From contig NZ_FNLK01000005.1 in the NCBI RefSeq assembly GCF_900105015.1, positions 1 to 32,000 of the forward strand: 32,000 bases of DNA, in the 5' to 3' direction. Under the pieces are notes generated by a model. The model saw nothing but the letters and a program-made list of their open reading frames with translations, did not search any database and was not told the DNA's origin. This document shows, in pieces, positions 1 through 9,468 of the stretch; position 1 is the stretch's first letter; each line of letters begins with the position of its first letter. The DNA is from Schaalia meyeri (lineage in GTDB: Bacteria > Actinomycetota > Actinomycetes > Actinomycetales > Actinomycetaceae). The translations under genes were made by a program, and so were the position numbers.

Positions 1-350
1 CGGGCAGGCGCGGACTTCTGGGAGGTATCCTCGCGTGTGCTGTCGGGGAAATCCGGGCGCGCGTGGACGGCCCGATCGACGCGATGATCGGCCCGGCGAT
101 CTGCGGCAGGTGCTACGAGGTGCCCCCCGAGATGGCCGAACGGAGTAACGCCGTGATGCCCGGCATCTGTGCGCGCACGTCGTGGGGCACCCCGTCTCTC
201 GATCTGCCCGGTGCCGCGGCCAGATCCCTCGCCGATCTGGGGGTGAGAGTGGTCGTCGATGGGCGCTGCACTCTCGAGGATCCGCGCCTGTTCTCATACC
301 GTGCCGAGCCCGCGTGCGGCCGCCAGGCGCTCATCATTGTGCCTGCTTGA
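1..350 (+). CDS. pgeF: Peptidoglycan editing factor PgeF / YfiH (DUF152, laccase-domain) protein, C-terminal part; the 5' end lies off the window
   Basis: Frame 3 is open from position 3 with no upstream stop. The motifs GPAICGRCYEV and CT..DPRLFSYR....GRQALII are typical of the YfiH/PgeF C-terminus. The position just upstream of sepF matches the actinobacterial dcw cluster. Confidence 0.75.
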   Translation, partial: GRRGLLGGILACAVGEIRARVDGPIDAMIGPAICGRCYEVPPEMAERSNAVMPGICARTSWGTPSLDLPGAAARSLADLGVRVVVDGRCTLEDPRLFSYRAEPACGRQALIIVPA

Positions 351-521
351 ATCGCCCGAGCGCCCAGGCCGGTCCGCTGGGCTTCGTCTCCCGGGCCTGA
401 TCCTTGATCGGCGACGCGTGATGAGCCTCGCCGCCTCTCCTTGCGACGCGCCGAGCGCGCTGCGCTTCGACGCTGTCGGTTGAATGTAGTTTGTGGCTAG
501 GAACAGGCTGAAGGAGGAGCA

Positions 522-974
522 ATGAGTGAGTCGTTTGGTGCGCGTGCACGCAAGTTCATGGGCTGGTACTCACCCGAGGAGTCCATCGACGACTTCGAAG
601 AGTTCGACGAGGTGGAAGAGGTAGTTCCCGTGGCTGACATCACGCCCATGACCCGTCCGACGCTGACAAGCATTCGGCGCGAGGAGCCCGTCGAGGACCT
701 CACTCGCATCATGACGATCCATCCGACCGCGTACTCCGACGCCGTCACTATCGGTGAGGCGTTCCGTGACGGGACGCCCGTCATTATTAACCTGACCGAC
801 ATGGGCGAGGAGGAGGCGCGCCGCCTCGTGGATTTTGCCGCCGGACTCACCTTCGGCCTGCACGGGGTGATCGAGCGCGTGACGAATCGCGTGTTCCTGC
901 TCTCCCCGGCCTCTGTCGAGGTCGCGGGAGACAGCAGTTCCGCGCGTCGCGGCTCGCTCTATAACCAGGGTTGA
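522..974 (+). CDS. sepF: Cell division protein SepF
   Basis: 150 aa. The N-terminus resembles an amphipathic helix (ARARKFMGW). The conserved core [55 protein letters not shown] is present. A GAAGGAGGAG RBS lies upstream. Confidence 0.9.
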   Translation: MSESFGARARKFMGWYSPEESIDDFEEFDEVEEVVPVADITPMTRPTLTSIRREEPVEDLTRIMTIHPTAYSDAVTIGEAFRDGTPVIINLTDMGEEEARRLVDFAAGLTFGLHGVIERVTNRVFLLSPASVEVAGDSSSARRGSLYNQG

Positions 975-983
975 GATTCACTC

Positions 984-1295
984 GTGATCGTTCTCGGCTG
1001 GATCGGGTGGGGGCTGAGCGTCCTTATCAACCTCTACATGATGGTGCTGTTCGCGCGCGTTATTTTGGACTGGGTGCAGTTTTTTGCGCGCGGGTGGCGC
1101 CCCCGAGGCATATTGCTGATTGTTGCCAACCTGCTCTATGCGCTTACCGATCCCCCGATCCGTTGGATTGGACGCTTCATTCCGCCACTTCGACTCGGCG
1201 GAGGGATGGCAATTGATGTGGGTTTCATGGTGTTGTTTCTTGTACTCATCATTGCACAGCGCTTCGCCAACGTTTTGTACTTTATTAGCCAGTAG
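984..1295 (+). CDS. yggT: YggT family membrane protein
   Basis: 103 aa and hydrophobic. The motif LFARVILDWVQFF..GWRPRG resembles the YggT/Rv2146c family. Its position between sepF and divIVA is conserved. GTG start 10 nt after the sepF stop. Confidence 0.85.
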   Translation: MIVLGWIGWGLSVLINLYMMVLFARVILDWVQFFARGWRPRGILLIVANLLYALTDPPIRWIGRFIPPLRLGGGMAIDVGFMVLFLVLIIAQRFANVLYFISQ

Positions 1296-1352
1296 GCATC
1301 GAATTGTAAGATGAGAGGTCCCACATTAGCGCAGCTCGCCCCGTGATGGATG

Positions 1353-1380
1353 TTGCTCGTGTGACAATTTCAGTTATTAT
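1353..1380 (+). promoter_or_regulatory. Candidate sigma-A type promoter for divIVA
   Basis: TTGCTC (1353-1358), a 16-nt spacer and TATTAT (1375-1380) lie in an AT-rich patch of the yggT-divIVA spacer. This is hexamer inspection only. Confidence 0.25.
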
Positions 1381-1470
1381 TTTTGTGATGTGACAGCGGG
1401 CGGCCTTCCCGGTCGTCCAGGCATGCGGATGTATCTGCGTGTCCAATCGAAACGACCGAGAGGCGAAGAA

Positions 1471-2043
1471 ATGGCCCTGCTCACTACCGAGGACGTCCTC
1501 AACAAGAAGTTCCAGTACGTCAAGTTCCGCGAGGGGTACGACCAGGACGAGGTTGATGAGTTCCTCGACGAGGTTGTCTCCACCATCTACTCCCTGCAGG
1601 TAGAGAACCAGGAGCTGAAGGAGAAGCTTGAGGCCGCCGAGCGTCGCGTCGCCGAGCTTTCCAACTCCGATTTCACCCCCGCCGAGACCCCGGCCCCTGC
1701 GGCCGCACCGGCTGTGGAAGCACCCGCCTTGATGCTCAACGGTCCCCAGGATGCCGAGTCCGCTACGTCGATGCTTGCTCTCGCCCAGCGTGTCCACGAC
1801 GAGTACGTGCGCGATGGCGAAGAACAGAGCGCGAAGATTATCTCCGAGGCCAACGCAGAACGCGATTCGATCATCGCGGACGCCCAGAAGCAGAAGGAAT
1901 CGCTGCTCTCTCAGCTCGATCAGGAGCGCGAGCTGCTCGAGAACAAGATCAACGGACTGCGTACCTTCGAGTCCGAGTACCGCTCGAACCTGCGCAGCCA
2001 CCTCGAGTCCCTGCTCAGCGAGGTCGGCAACAACACGAACTGA
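1471..2043 (+). CDS. divIVA: DivIVA / Wag31 polar growth and cell division protein
   Basis: The N-terminus MALLTTEDVLNKKFQYVKFREGYDQDEVDEFLDEV is the canonical DivIVA domain, followed by a coiled-coil remainder. I take the ATG at 1471, preceded by GAGAGG, rather than the track start at 1390. Confidence 0.9.
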   Translation: MALLTTEDVLNKKFQYVKFREGYDQDEVDEFLDEVVSTIYSLQVENQELKEKLEAAERRVAELSNSDFTPAETPAPAAAPAVEAPALMLNGPQDAESATSMLALAQRVHDEYVRDGEEQSAKIISEANAERDSIIADAQKQKESLLSQLDQERELLENKINGLRTFESEYRSNLRSHLESLLSEVGNNTN

Positions 2044-2113
2044 CCGCCCGCGCCTCCCCGGCGGCGGTGCACTCTTTTGTGCGCCGTCGCCGGAACTTTA
2101 TGATTAGGAAACT

Positions 2114-2614
2114 ATGGCTGACTCTTCCCGTCCGGTCCTCACCCGTGTCAACTGGCTCTTGGCCGCGCTCGTGTTCATACTTGCGGTCGCGACCGACCAG
2201 GCTTCGAAGATGTGGGCGCGCTTGGCGCTCGCAGATGCTTCCTCTCATCCCCTGCTGGGGCAGTGGCTATCCCTGCGGCTCATCCACAACTCGGGCGCTG
2301 CCTTCTCGCTCGGTTCTGATAAGACCTGGGTGCTGACGATTTTCACGGTGATTATCATCTGCTTCCTGGCGGCGCTGCTCTTTCGTGTCCGCAGCTTCTT
2401 TGCCCTGCTCGCCGTCGCGTTACTCATGGGTGGGGCGTGGGGTAACCTCATCGACCGATTGACCGCCGATCCCGGATTTGGTGTCGGGCACGTCACCGAC
2501 TTCATCTCGTACGGTAACCTCTTCGTCGGCAACGTCGCGGACATCTGGATTGTCCTCGGTGCCCTGTGGCTGGTATTCGCGCTGTCCCGTGAGCCACACA
2601 AGGAGCCGCAGTGA
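2114..2614 (+). CDS. lspA: Lipoprotein signal peptidase (signal peptidase II)
   Basis: 166 aa with multiple TM segments. Motifs: [26 protein letters not shown]...NVADIWI. Confidence 0.9.
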   Translation: MADSSRPVLTRVNWLLAALVFILAVATDQASKMWARLALADASSHPLLGQWLSLRLIHNSGAAFSLGSDKTWVLTIFTVIIICFLAALLFRVRSFFALLAVALLMGGAWGNLIDRLTADPGFGVGHVTDFISYGNLFVGNVADIWIVLGALWLVFALSREPHKEPQ

Positions 2615-3579
2615 CCTCTCCCCGCATATTCCCCGTTCCCGACGCTCTCGTGGGCGAGCGGGTGGACGCCGCCCTGGCTCGTATGCTCGGCCTGTCGCGC
2701 TCGCGCTGCGCCGAGCTTGCCGGGGGCGGCACGGTCCTGATCAACGGGGTGGCGTGTGGCAAATCGGATCGCCTGAGCGCAAACGACATGATCGAAGTGA
2801 CCATCCCCGAACCGGAGAAGAAACCGACGCCGGTAACCGACATGGCCATCTTGTACGAGGACGAGGACATCGTGGTCGTGGACAAGCCCGTCGGAGTCGC
2901 GGCGCACACCGGCCCCGGTTGGCAGGGCCCCACGGTTCTTAGCAACCTAGAGGCAGCGGGCTATCGCATCACCAGCTACGGACCGCCCGAACGGCAGGGG
3001 ATCGTCCACCGACTCGACGTTGGAACCTCCGGGGCCATGATGGTCGCGAAGTCAGAGCTTGCCTATACGGTCATGAAGCGCGCTTTTAAGGAACGCACGA
3101 TCGAGAAGGTGTACCACGCGGTCGTGGCCGGTCACCTCGACCCCACCTCGGGAACGATCGACGCCCCCATCGCACGCCACCCTTCGCGCGAGTGGCGCAT
3201 GGCCGTCATTGACGGCGGTAAGCGAGCGGTCACCCACTACGACACTGTCGAACTGATGGCTCTCGCGCAGCTGACTGAGATTCACCTGGAGACGGGACGC
3301 ACCCACCAGATTCGCGTTCACATGGCTGCCGTCGGGCACCCGTGCGTGGGGGACACGTTTTACGGGGCTGACCCCACGCAGGCCAAGCGTCTGGGCCTCA
3401 CGCGACAGTGGTTGCACGCCGTACGCCTGGGTTTTGCTCACCCCCGCACGGGGATGCCGATGAGTGTGTCGAGCCCCTACCCGGGCGACCTCCAGGCGGC
3501 TCTCGAGGAGCTTCGCCACCCGCGCGCGGATCCGCTGACGAAGGGGCGAGCGCGGATGGGCCCGGCCGCGAAGCGATGA
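2611..3579 (+). CDS. rluD: RluA/RluD-family 23S rRNA pseudouridine synthase
   Basis: S4-like N-terminus, catalytic [16 protein letters not shown] and [16 protein letters not shown]. The GTG start overlaps the lspA stop (GTGA at 2611-2614). Confidence 0.9.
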   Translation: MTSPRIFPVPDALVGERVDAALARMLGLSRSRCAELAGGGTVLINGVACGKSDRLSANDMIEVTIPEPEKKPTPVTDMAILYEDEDIVVVDKPVGVAAHTGPGWQGPTVLSNLEAAGYRITSYGPPERQGIVHRLDVGTSGAMMVAKSELAYTVMKRAFKERTIEKVYHAVVAGHLDPTSGTIDAPIARHPSREWRMAVIDGGKRAVTHYDTVELMALAQLTEIHLETGRTHQIRVHMAAVGHPCVGDTFYGADPTQAKRLGLTRQWLHAVRLGFAHPRTGMPMSVSSPYPGDLQAALEELRHPRADPLTKGRARMGPAAKR

Positions 3580-3642
3580 GCGCCGTGAGATGAACGACCA
3601 CCGACCCGCGTCGTTCACCGGCCTCGCGCGGGCGGCGGACAG

Positions 3643-3648
3643 TAGAAT
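3643..3648 (+). promoter_or_regulatory. Candidate -10 hexamer (TAGAAT) for a leaderless dnaE transcript
   Basis: TAGAAT ends 6 nt before the dnaE ATG (3655). There is no purine-rich SD in the intervening CGAGAC. Confidence 0.35.
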
Positions 3649-3654
3649 CGAGAC

Positions 3655-6600
3655 ATGGCTGATTCCTTTGTGCACCTCCACAACCACTCCGAGTATTCGA
3701 TGCTCGACGGGGCGGCAAAGACGAAAGCCATGGCGGAGGAGGCCGCCAGGCTTGGCCAGCCCGCGATCGGCCTGACGGATCACGGCTACCTGTTTGGCGC
3801 CTACGACTTTTACACGAACTGCCTGAACGCGGGCGTCAAACCCATCATCGGCCTCGAGGCCTACGTGACGCCGGGAACCTCGCGTTTCGATCGCCAGAAG
3901 GTCCTGTGGGGTGAACCGTGGCAGCGCTCCGACGACGTGAGCGCCGGAGGCTCCTACAACCACCTGACCCTGATCGCCTACAATACGACGGGCATGCTCA
4001 ACCTGTTCCGCCTGGGCTCCTACGCCTCGACGGACGGGCAATTCGGCAAGTGGCCGCGCGCCGACAAGGAACTGCTGAGCCAGTTCCACGAGGGGCTCAT
4101 CGTCTTCACCGGGTGTCCCTCGGGAGCCGTGCAGACGCGCCTGCGCCTGGGGCAGTGGGACGAGGCCGTGGCCGAGGCGGCCGAGCTGCGCGACATCTTT
4201 GGGCCCGAGAACTTCTACGTCGAGGTCATGGATCACGGGATCGACATTGAGCGGCGCACCCACCAGCAGGTCCTGGACATCGCCAAGCTGATGAACGCGC
4301 CCCTCGTGGCCACCAACGACTCGCACTACGTCAAGAGGGACGACCGCAAGATTCAAGATGCGCTCCTGTGCATCAACTCCGGGTCGCGCATCAACGACCC
4401 CGATCGCTTTAAGTTCGACGGGGACGGCTACTACATCCGTTCCTCCGATGAGATGCGCTCCCTGTGGAGCGAGCTGCCCGGCGCGTGCGACTCGACCCTG
4501 GAGATCGCCGAGCGCTGCGACGTGCATTTCACGACCACGAAGGAGGGGGCCAACTACATGCCAGAGTTCCCCGTCCCCGACGGGGAGGACAAGACTTCGT
4601 GGTTCGTTAAGGAAGTCGAACGGGGCCTGCGCGATCGTTTTCCGAAGGGGATACCCGACGCCGTGCGCAAGCAGGCTCAATACGAGGAAGACGTCATCAT
4701 CTCGATGGGCTTCCCCGGCTACTTCCTCACCGTCGCCGACTACATCAACTGGGCGAAGTCGCAGGGCATCCGCGTGGGCCCCGGTCGTGGCTCGGGCGCG
4801 GGTTCCATGGTTGCCTACGCCATGAAGATCACCGAGCTGAATCCCCTGGAACACGGCCTGATTTTCGAGCGATTCCTCAACCCCGAGCGAATCTCTATGC
4901 CCGACTTCGACGTCGACTTCGACGAGCGGCGGCGCGATGAGGTCATCTCCTACGTCAAACGTAAGTACGGCGAGGACCGCATCAGTCAGGTCGTCACGTA
5001 TGGAACCATCAAGACCAAGCAGGCCCTCAAGGACTCCGCACGCATCCTTGGCAAAGACTTTAAGGTTGGCGAGCAGCTGACTAAGGCGTTGCCCCCCGCG
5101 ATCATGGGGAAGGATATCTCCGTGCGTGGCATCTTTGATGAGAAGGATAAACGCTATGCGGAGGCCGCCGAGTTTCGCAAGTTCTACGAGGACAACCCCG
5201 ACACCCACGAGGTCGTCGAGTACGCGCTGGGGTTGGAAGGACTGACGCGCCAGTGGGGCGTACACGCGTGCGCGGTCATCATGAGCTCGCACACGCTCAC
5301 CGACATCATTCCGATCATGAAGAGGCCCCAGGACGGGGCGATTATCACGCAGTTCGATTACCCGACGTGCGAGACGCTGGGCTTGCTGAAGATGGACTTC
5401 CTGGGTCTGCGTAACCTCACGGTCGTGTCCGACGCGCTGGAGAATATCGCGATCAACGGTAAGCCGGACCCGGATCTTGACCACCTATCCTTCGACGACA
5501 AGAAGACCTACGAGCTGCTGGGCCGGGGCGACACCCTGGGCGTCTTCCAGCTTGATGGTGGCGGCATGCGCGACCTCCTCAAGCTCATGAAGCCCGACAA
5601 CTTTGAGGATATTTCGGCCGTCGGCGCCCTGTATCGCCCCGGCCCGATGGGCGCGAACTCGCACACGAACTATGCGCTGCGTAAGAACGGGCGCCAGGAG
5701 ATCACGCCCATTCACCCGGAGCTGGCCGAGCCGCTCGAAGAGATCCTGGGGACGACCTTTGGTTTGATCGTCTACCAGGAGCAGGTCATGCAGATCGCCC
5801 AGAAGCTCGCGGGCTACACGCTGGGCCAGGCGGACATCCTGCGTAAGGCGATGGGTAAGAAGAAGAAGGAGGTCCTGGACCAGCAGTTCAAGGGCTTTAG
5901 CCAGGGCATGATAAACAACGGCTACTCGGAGGAGTCGATCAGGGCCCTGTGGGACGTCGTTGTCCCGTTCTCGGCCTACGCGTTTAACAAGGCGCACTCG
6001 GCCGCCTACGGTCTGGTGTCGTATTGGACGGCGTTCCTCAAAGCGAATTATCAGACGGAGTACATGGCCGCCCTGCTGACCTCCACGAAGGACAACAAGG
6101 ACCGCCGAGCGTTGTACCTAGCGGAGTGCCGTCACATGGATATCACGGTTCTTCCCCCGGACGTGAACGCGTCGATGGGGAACTTCGCGCCTGACGGCGA
6201 GGCGATCCGCTTCGGGCTCAGCGCCGTCCAGAACGTGGGCGGTCCGGTCGTCGAGGCGATCGTGAAGACCCGCGCCGACAAGGGGCGTTTTGCCTCCTTC
6301 CAGGACTTCTTGGACAAGGTCCCGCAGGCGGTGTGCAATAAACGCACGATTCAGTCCCTGATTCGTGCGGGAGCCTTCGACTCGATGGGGCACACGCGCC
6401 GGGCGCTGCTGGCCCGGTGTGACGAGGCCGTGGACGCGATCATCGACGTCAAGCGCAACGAGGCGATTGGCCAGTTCGACCTGTTCGGCGCGCTGGAGGA
6501 GGACGCGACTTCGGGCAGCGGCCTGATGGTCGATATTCCGGATCTGCCCGAGTTTGATCGCAAAACGAAACTGGCTGCGGAGCGCGAGATGCTTGGCTTG

Positions 6601-7197
6601 TACGTCTCCGACCATCCGCTGCGCGGTTTGGAGGCTGCGCTCGCTCGCCACCAGGACTACGAGATTGCGCAGGTCATGGGGTCGGAAGGGGCGATGACGG
6701 ACCGTATCGTCAAGATCGCGGGCCTCGTGTCGGGCGTGACCACGAAGGTGACGAAGCAGGGCAACGCGTGGGCGATCGCTACCATCGAGGACCTGTCGGG
6801 TTCGGTGGATGTGCTCTTCTTCCCGCGCTCCTACGAGTCAATTCAGACCTACCTGGCGCAGGATATCATCGTCCAGATCGAAGGAAAGGTGAACGTCCGC
6901 GAGGAGGGTATGACGATCTACGGACAGTCGATGACGCTCCTGGACTTGTCGGGTGGGGCGGATTTGCCCCTGGAACTGCGCCTGCCAGCGGCGCGCTGTA
7001 CGCCGGAGCTGTTGACCGACCTGCGGAGCGTCCTGGAATCCTATCCGGGCGGTTCGCCGGTGCGTCTGCACCTGACCGAGCCGGGGCGAACGACGGTGGT
7101 CGAACTGGATTCGAGGCTGCGCGTCGAACAGACCAGTGCGTTCTTCAGTCACATCAAGGCCGTTGTGGGTGCTGGCGGCGTCGTATCGCCGTCCTAG
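3655..7197 (+). CDS. dnaE: DNA polymerase III alpha subunit (DnaE1)
   Basis: 1180 aa. PHP-domain N-terminus FVHLHNHSEYSMLDGA, PDFDVDF, GLLKMDFLGLRNL, and FNKAHSAAY in the fingers/palm region. Confidence 0.97.
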   Translation: MADSFVHLHNHSEYSMLDGAAKTKAMAEEAARLGQPAIGLTDHGYLFGAYDFYTNCLNAGVKPIIGLEAYVTPGTSRFDRQKVLWGEPWQRSDDVSAGGSYNHLTLIAYNTTGMLNLFRLGSYASTDGQFGKWPRADKELLSQFHEGLIVFTGCPSGAVQTRLRLGQWDEAVAEAAELRDIFGPENFYVEVMDHGIDIERRTHQQVLDIAKLMNAPLVATNDSHYVKRDDRKIQDALLCINSGSRINDPDRFKFDGDGYYIRSSDEMRSLWSELPGACDSTLEIAERCDVHFTTTKEGANYMPEFPVPDGEDKTSWFVKEVERGLRDRFPKGIPDAVRKQAQYEEDVIISMGFPGYFLTVADYINWAKSQGIRVGPGRGSGAGSMVAYAMKITELNPLEHGLIFERFLNPERISMPDFDVDFDERRRDEVISYVKRKYGEDRISQVVTYGTIKTKQALKDSARILGKDFKVGEQLTKALPPAIMGKDISVRGIFDEKDKRYAEAAEFRKFYEDNPDTHEVVEYALGLEGLTRQWGVHACAVIMSSHTLTDIIPIMKRPQDGAIITQFDYPTCETLGLLKMDFLGLRNLTVVSDALENIAINGKPDPDLDHLSFDDKKTYELLGRGDTLGVFQLDGGGMRDLLKLMKPDNFEDISAVGALYRPGPMGANSHTNYALRKNGRQEITPIHPELAEPLEEILGTTFGLIVYQEQVMQIAQKLAGYTLGQADILRKAMGKKKKEVLDQQFKGFSQGMINNGYSEESIRALWDVVVPFSAYAFNKAHSAAYGLVSYWTAFLKANYQTEYMAALLTSTKDNKDRRALYLAECRHMDITVLPPDVNASMGNFAPDGEAIRFGLSAVQNVGGPVVEAIVKTRADKGRFASFQDFLDKVPQAVCNKRTIQSLIRAGAFDSMGHTRRALLARCDEAVDAIIDVKRNEAIGQFDLFGALEEDATSGSGLMVDIPDLPEFDRKTKLAAEREMLGLYVSDHPLRGLEAALARHQDYEIAQVMGSEGAMTDRIVKIAGLVSGVTTKVTKQGNAWAIATIEDLSGSVDVLFFPRSYESIQTYLAQDIIVQIEGKVNVREEGMTIYGQSMTLLDLSGGADLPLELRLPAARCTPELLTDLRSVLESYPGGSPVRLHLTEPGRTTVVELDSRLRVEQTSAFFSHIKAVVGAGGVVSPS

Positions 7198-7225
7198 ACT
7201 CTCGGCTCAAAGCTCCACGCTCTCG

Positions 7226-7252
7226 CGCGGGGTCGAGTGCCCCCGCGTTTGT
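7226..7252 (+). terminator. Intrinsic terminator-like hairpin after dnaE
   Basis: CGCGGGG (7226-7232) pairs with CCCCGCG (7241-7247) around an 8-nt loop, followed by TTTGT. It abuts the stop of the convergent S4-domain gene. Confidence 0.5.
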
Positions 7253-7482
7253 CAGGAAGAGACCCCGACGATCGCGCTGGCCCGGCCCCAGGGGGCATCG
7301 ACCTCGACCACGTCCCCTTCGCTCAGGTGGTGTCCGCGCCTCGTCTCGACCTCTCCGTTAACGCTGACGTCGCCGGAGCGGATGAGTTCTCGGGCCTGTG
7401 CTCCGTCTTCGGCGAGGGACGCGAGCTTGATGAATTGTCCGAGCTTGATCGCCCCGCGAACGGGAATGATGGGGGTTGTCAC
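7252..7482 (-). CDS. Small S4-domain RNA-binding protein (YbcJ-like)
   Basis: 76 aa. IKLGQFIKLASLAEDGAQARELIRSGDVSVNGEVETRRGHHLSEGDVVEV matches the YbcJ/S4 pattern. GTG start with an AAAGGA RBS. Confidence 0.75.
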   Translation of the reverse strand: MTTPIIPVRGAIKLGQFIKLASLAEDGAQARELIRSGDVSVNGEVETRRGHHLSEGDVVEVDAPWGRASAIVGVSS

Positions 7483-7575
7483 GATGTGGTCCTTTCGGTT
7501 GTGGGACGCGCATGACGCGCGCGAGCGGTCGCGACCAGTATCCTTGGGTTGAGATACACACTATAAGGAGGAGCG

Positions 7576-8223
7576 GTGAGCGCTCACAACGACGATATCG
7601 ATGCGGAGTTCCAGTCGCTGGTTGCTTCACTGGGTGAGTCGGATGCGTCGGGGACATCCCAGCCGACGCGCGACCTTGACGACACTCCCGTTGACGAGTC
7701 GCTGCACTTGGACGGAGGGCGCCTGTCGGTCGCTCTGGTGCTTGCGCCCATTTCGTATCCCGAGGCCCTGCATTCGCTGCTGGCGCTGACGGGGGTGCGC
7801 GAGTCGATTGTGCGTCTCAAGCCGTGGACCGCCGTGTGGTTGCGTGTCGGGACGACTCCCACCGACGAAGAGGAGCTGGACGCTCTGCTGACGGGGCAGC
7901 GGCCGATGCCCGATGCGGTGGATCGGGTCGCGCGCGCCGTGTCGAACCTGTCCAAGTACGGCGCCGTCGCGCTCATGAGCTGGCTGGTCGAGGGTGACGG
8001 CGTTGAACCGGGCGTGTCGGGGAGGATCTCCGCTCAGCGCTACGTGTGCGGTGAACCAGAGGAGACGATCCCCGCCGGCCTGCTTCTCGGGGCCATGCCG
8101 GCGGCGGCGGAGGACCTGCTGCTGGGGCGCACCACTCCCCTCGATTACGCGGATTCGGTCAGCGCTGACGGATGTCGGCACAGCGGCGGCCCCCTCGGTT
8201 GGTTCCGTCGCAAGCAGTCATGA
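7576..8223 (+). CDS. Hypothetical acidic protein (215 aa), first gene of a coupled three-gene cassette
   Basis: GTG start 4 nt after a strong AAGGAGGA RBS (7565-7572). Third-position GC is high in this frame. I recognise no family. Confidence 0.6.
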   Translation: MSAHNDDIDAEFQSLVASLGESDASGTSQPTRDLDDTPVDESLHLDGGRLSVALVLAPISYPEALHSLLALTGVRESIVRLKPWTAVWLRVGTTPTDEEELDALLTGQRPMPDAVDRVARAVSNLSKYGAVALMSWLVEGDGVEPGVSGRISAQRYVCGEPEETIPAGLLLGAMPAAAEDLLLGRTTPLDYADSVSADGCRHSGGPLGWFRRKQS

Positions 8224-8420
8224 CGCTCCTGGACCCCTCGCCCGCTATCGGCGTGATGGGTGGGCGGGCGCAGCGTTTCTCCCCCGGTGAGATCGACGAA
8301 GGAAACCCGGGCTATCCGATTGAGGCCCTGCGTGACCTTTGCTCTGCGGGAGGGAACGCCGGTCAGGCCTCGAAACGGGGCGCGATCACGCTGGCCGTCG
8401 CCAGAAACGAGGAACACTGA
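8220..8420 (+). CDS. Small hypothetical protein (66 aa), middle gene of the coupled cassette
   Basis: Its ATG overlaps the upstream stop (ATGA, 8220-8223) and its TGA overlaps the downstream ATG (TGATG, 8418-8422). It fills the gap exactly and its third-position GC is coding-like. I recognise no family. Confidence 0.4.
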   Translation: MTLLDPSPAIGVMGGRAQRFSPGEIDEGNPGYPIEALRDLCSAGGNAGQASKRGAITLAVARNEEH

Positions 8421-9187
8421 TGGCGCTTCGCGTGCCCAATCTCACCGAGGAACAGAAGAATCGTCTGGCGCAGCGCCTGTCGATGAACAGCCACGACCGC
8501 GCGGACGCCGGGCAGGAGCTTCCCCGGACAAGCCGAGCACTGGCCATGGGGGAGGGAAGCGACGCCGGTTGCGCCCGGCTGGAAGCGCTCGCCTCGGCCC
8601 TCGCTATCGAGCGCGTCATCGTTCCCATCGACGTCGAGCCAGCCCCACTCGTCAATGGAAAACAAGCGAAAAATAGCGGGCACAACCTGATCGATTTCGT
8701 GCGAACACACACCGTCTTAGGCGACGCGCTCGCGGTCTATTCCTCTGTCGATGCCCTCGGCGCCCACCTGCCCGGCGACCGGCCTATGGCGCTTGACTTT
8801 CGCATGATCGGCCTGGCCGCCCTGGTGGAAACCGGCGGGCGCGTTGTCATGAATCCTGCGACCGATGCCGTCTTCTTGCCGCGCCCGGCCGTCGCTGCTC
8901 TGGCCCAGGGGGACGAATGGCTGCCCGCCTGGCGCGACCAAGCCCTGCGCGACCTGCTTCTCGCTGACGCGTGCCGCGCGTGCCCGGCCGTCGTGGATCT
9001 GTCCATCGGCTATATGGGAGAAGGACTGACTCGGGTCGTTGTGGTCGCGGACCGCGGCCGCTTCGCGCGGGCAGATACGGCCTTGTCGGTCAAGGAAAAA
9101 CTGGCCGAGGCGCTGTCTGCCATGGGGGAGAACCCGCGCCTGATCGCCGCCGCCGACCGAGTCGAGATGGTCCCCACTCTGAGGTAG
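8420..9187 (+). CDS. SseB-family-like protein (tentative)
   Basis: 255 aa counted from the ATG at 8420, with a GAGGA RBS 6 nt upstream. Segments such as LAVYSSVDALGAH and GLAALVETGGRVVMNPATD..FLP resemble SseB N-terminal domain proteins, which are often annotated near infC in actinobacteria. This is recalled from memory and not searched. Confidence 0.5.
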   Translation: MALRVPNLTEEQKNRLAQRLSMNSHDRADAGQELPRTSRALAMGEGSDAGCARLEALASALAIERVIVPIDVEPAPLVNGKQAKNSGHNLIDFVRTHTVLGDALAVYSSVDALGAHLPGDRPMALDFRMIGLAALVETGGRVVMNPATDAVFLPRPAVAALAQGDEWLPAWRDQALRDLLLADACRACPAVVDLSIGYMGEGLTRVVVVADRGRFARADTALSVKEKLAEALSAMGENPRLIAAADRVEMVPTLR

Positions 9188-9420
9188 GCCGCGGGCGTTG
9201 CGTGGGCTCGTTCGCCTGCGTCGGGGTGACGCGCGCAATGCCCCTGAATCTGGCGCCGCCGCGGCAACTCTGGTACCGTGAAGTGACCGTCCGGGCCTGT
9301 GCCCGGAACGCAAGCGGAGCAATCCCACCTGGATACCCGCCTCTCACTGGAAGAGGATGCCGCCCGCAGGGGCGTTGCGCAGGGAATCGGGTTTGAGTCG
9401 GCGCCCGAGCCGACCCGTGT

Positions 9421-9468
9421 GGAAGCCTCCGTGCGCGTCGCGTAACGGAGGCTTTTCGTTACGCGCAC
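9421..9468 (+). promoter_or_regulatory. infC leader: terminator-like hairpin with a mutually exclusive competing helix
   Basis: Helix 1: AAGCCTCCGT (9423-9432) pairs with ACGGAGGCTT (9445-9454), a perfect 10 bp, followed by TTTCGTT. Helix 2: CGCGTAACG (9439-9447) pairs with CGTTACGCG (9457-9465), or in another register GTGCGCGT (9431-9438) pairs with ACGCGCAC (9461-9468). Helix 2 uses the 3' arm of helix 1. Confidence 0.4.

Noticed and set aside
3052-5484. 810-aa ORF antisense to rluD and dnaE
   Set aside because: It lies opposite genes with unmistakable motifs and runs straight across the rluD-dnaE intergenic region. Its Arg/Gly/Val/Leu/Asp-rich composition fits the long stop-free antisense frames that high-GC DNA produces.
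9238-9248. The exact 11-mer ATGCCCCTGAA is shared between the infC leader (9238-9248) and the TetR upstream region (13018-13028). Each copy is followed by GTGACCG and GGAACGC.
   Set aside because: There are only two copies, the spacing differs (about 35 nt versus 6 nt), and no common secondary structure is evident. Chance is plausible in GC-biased sequence, and a genome-wide count would be needed before calling it a motif.
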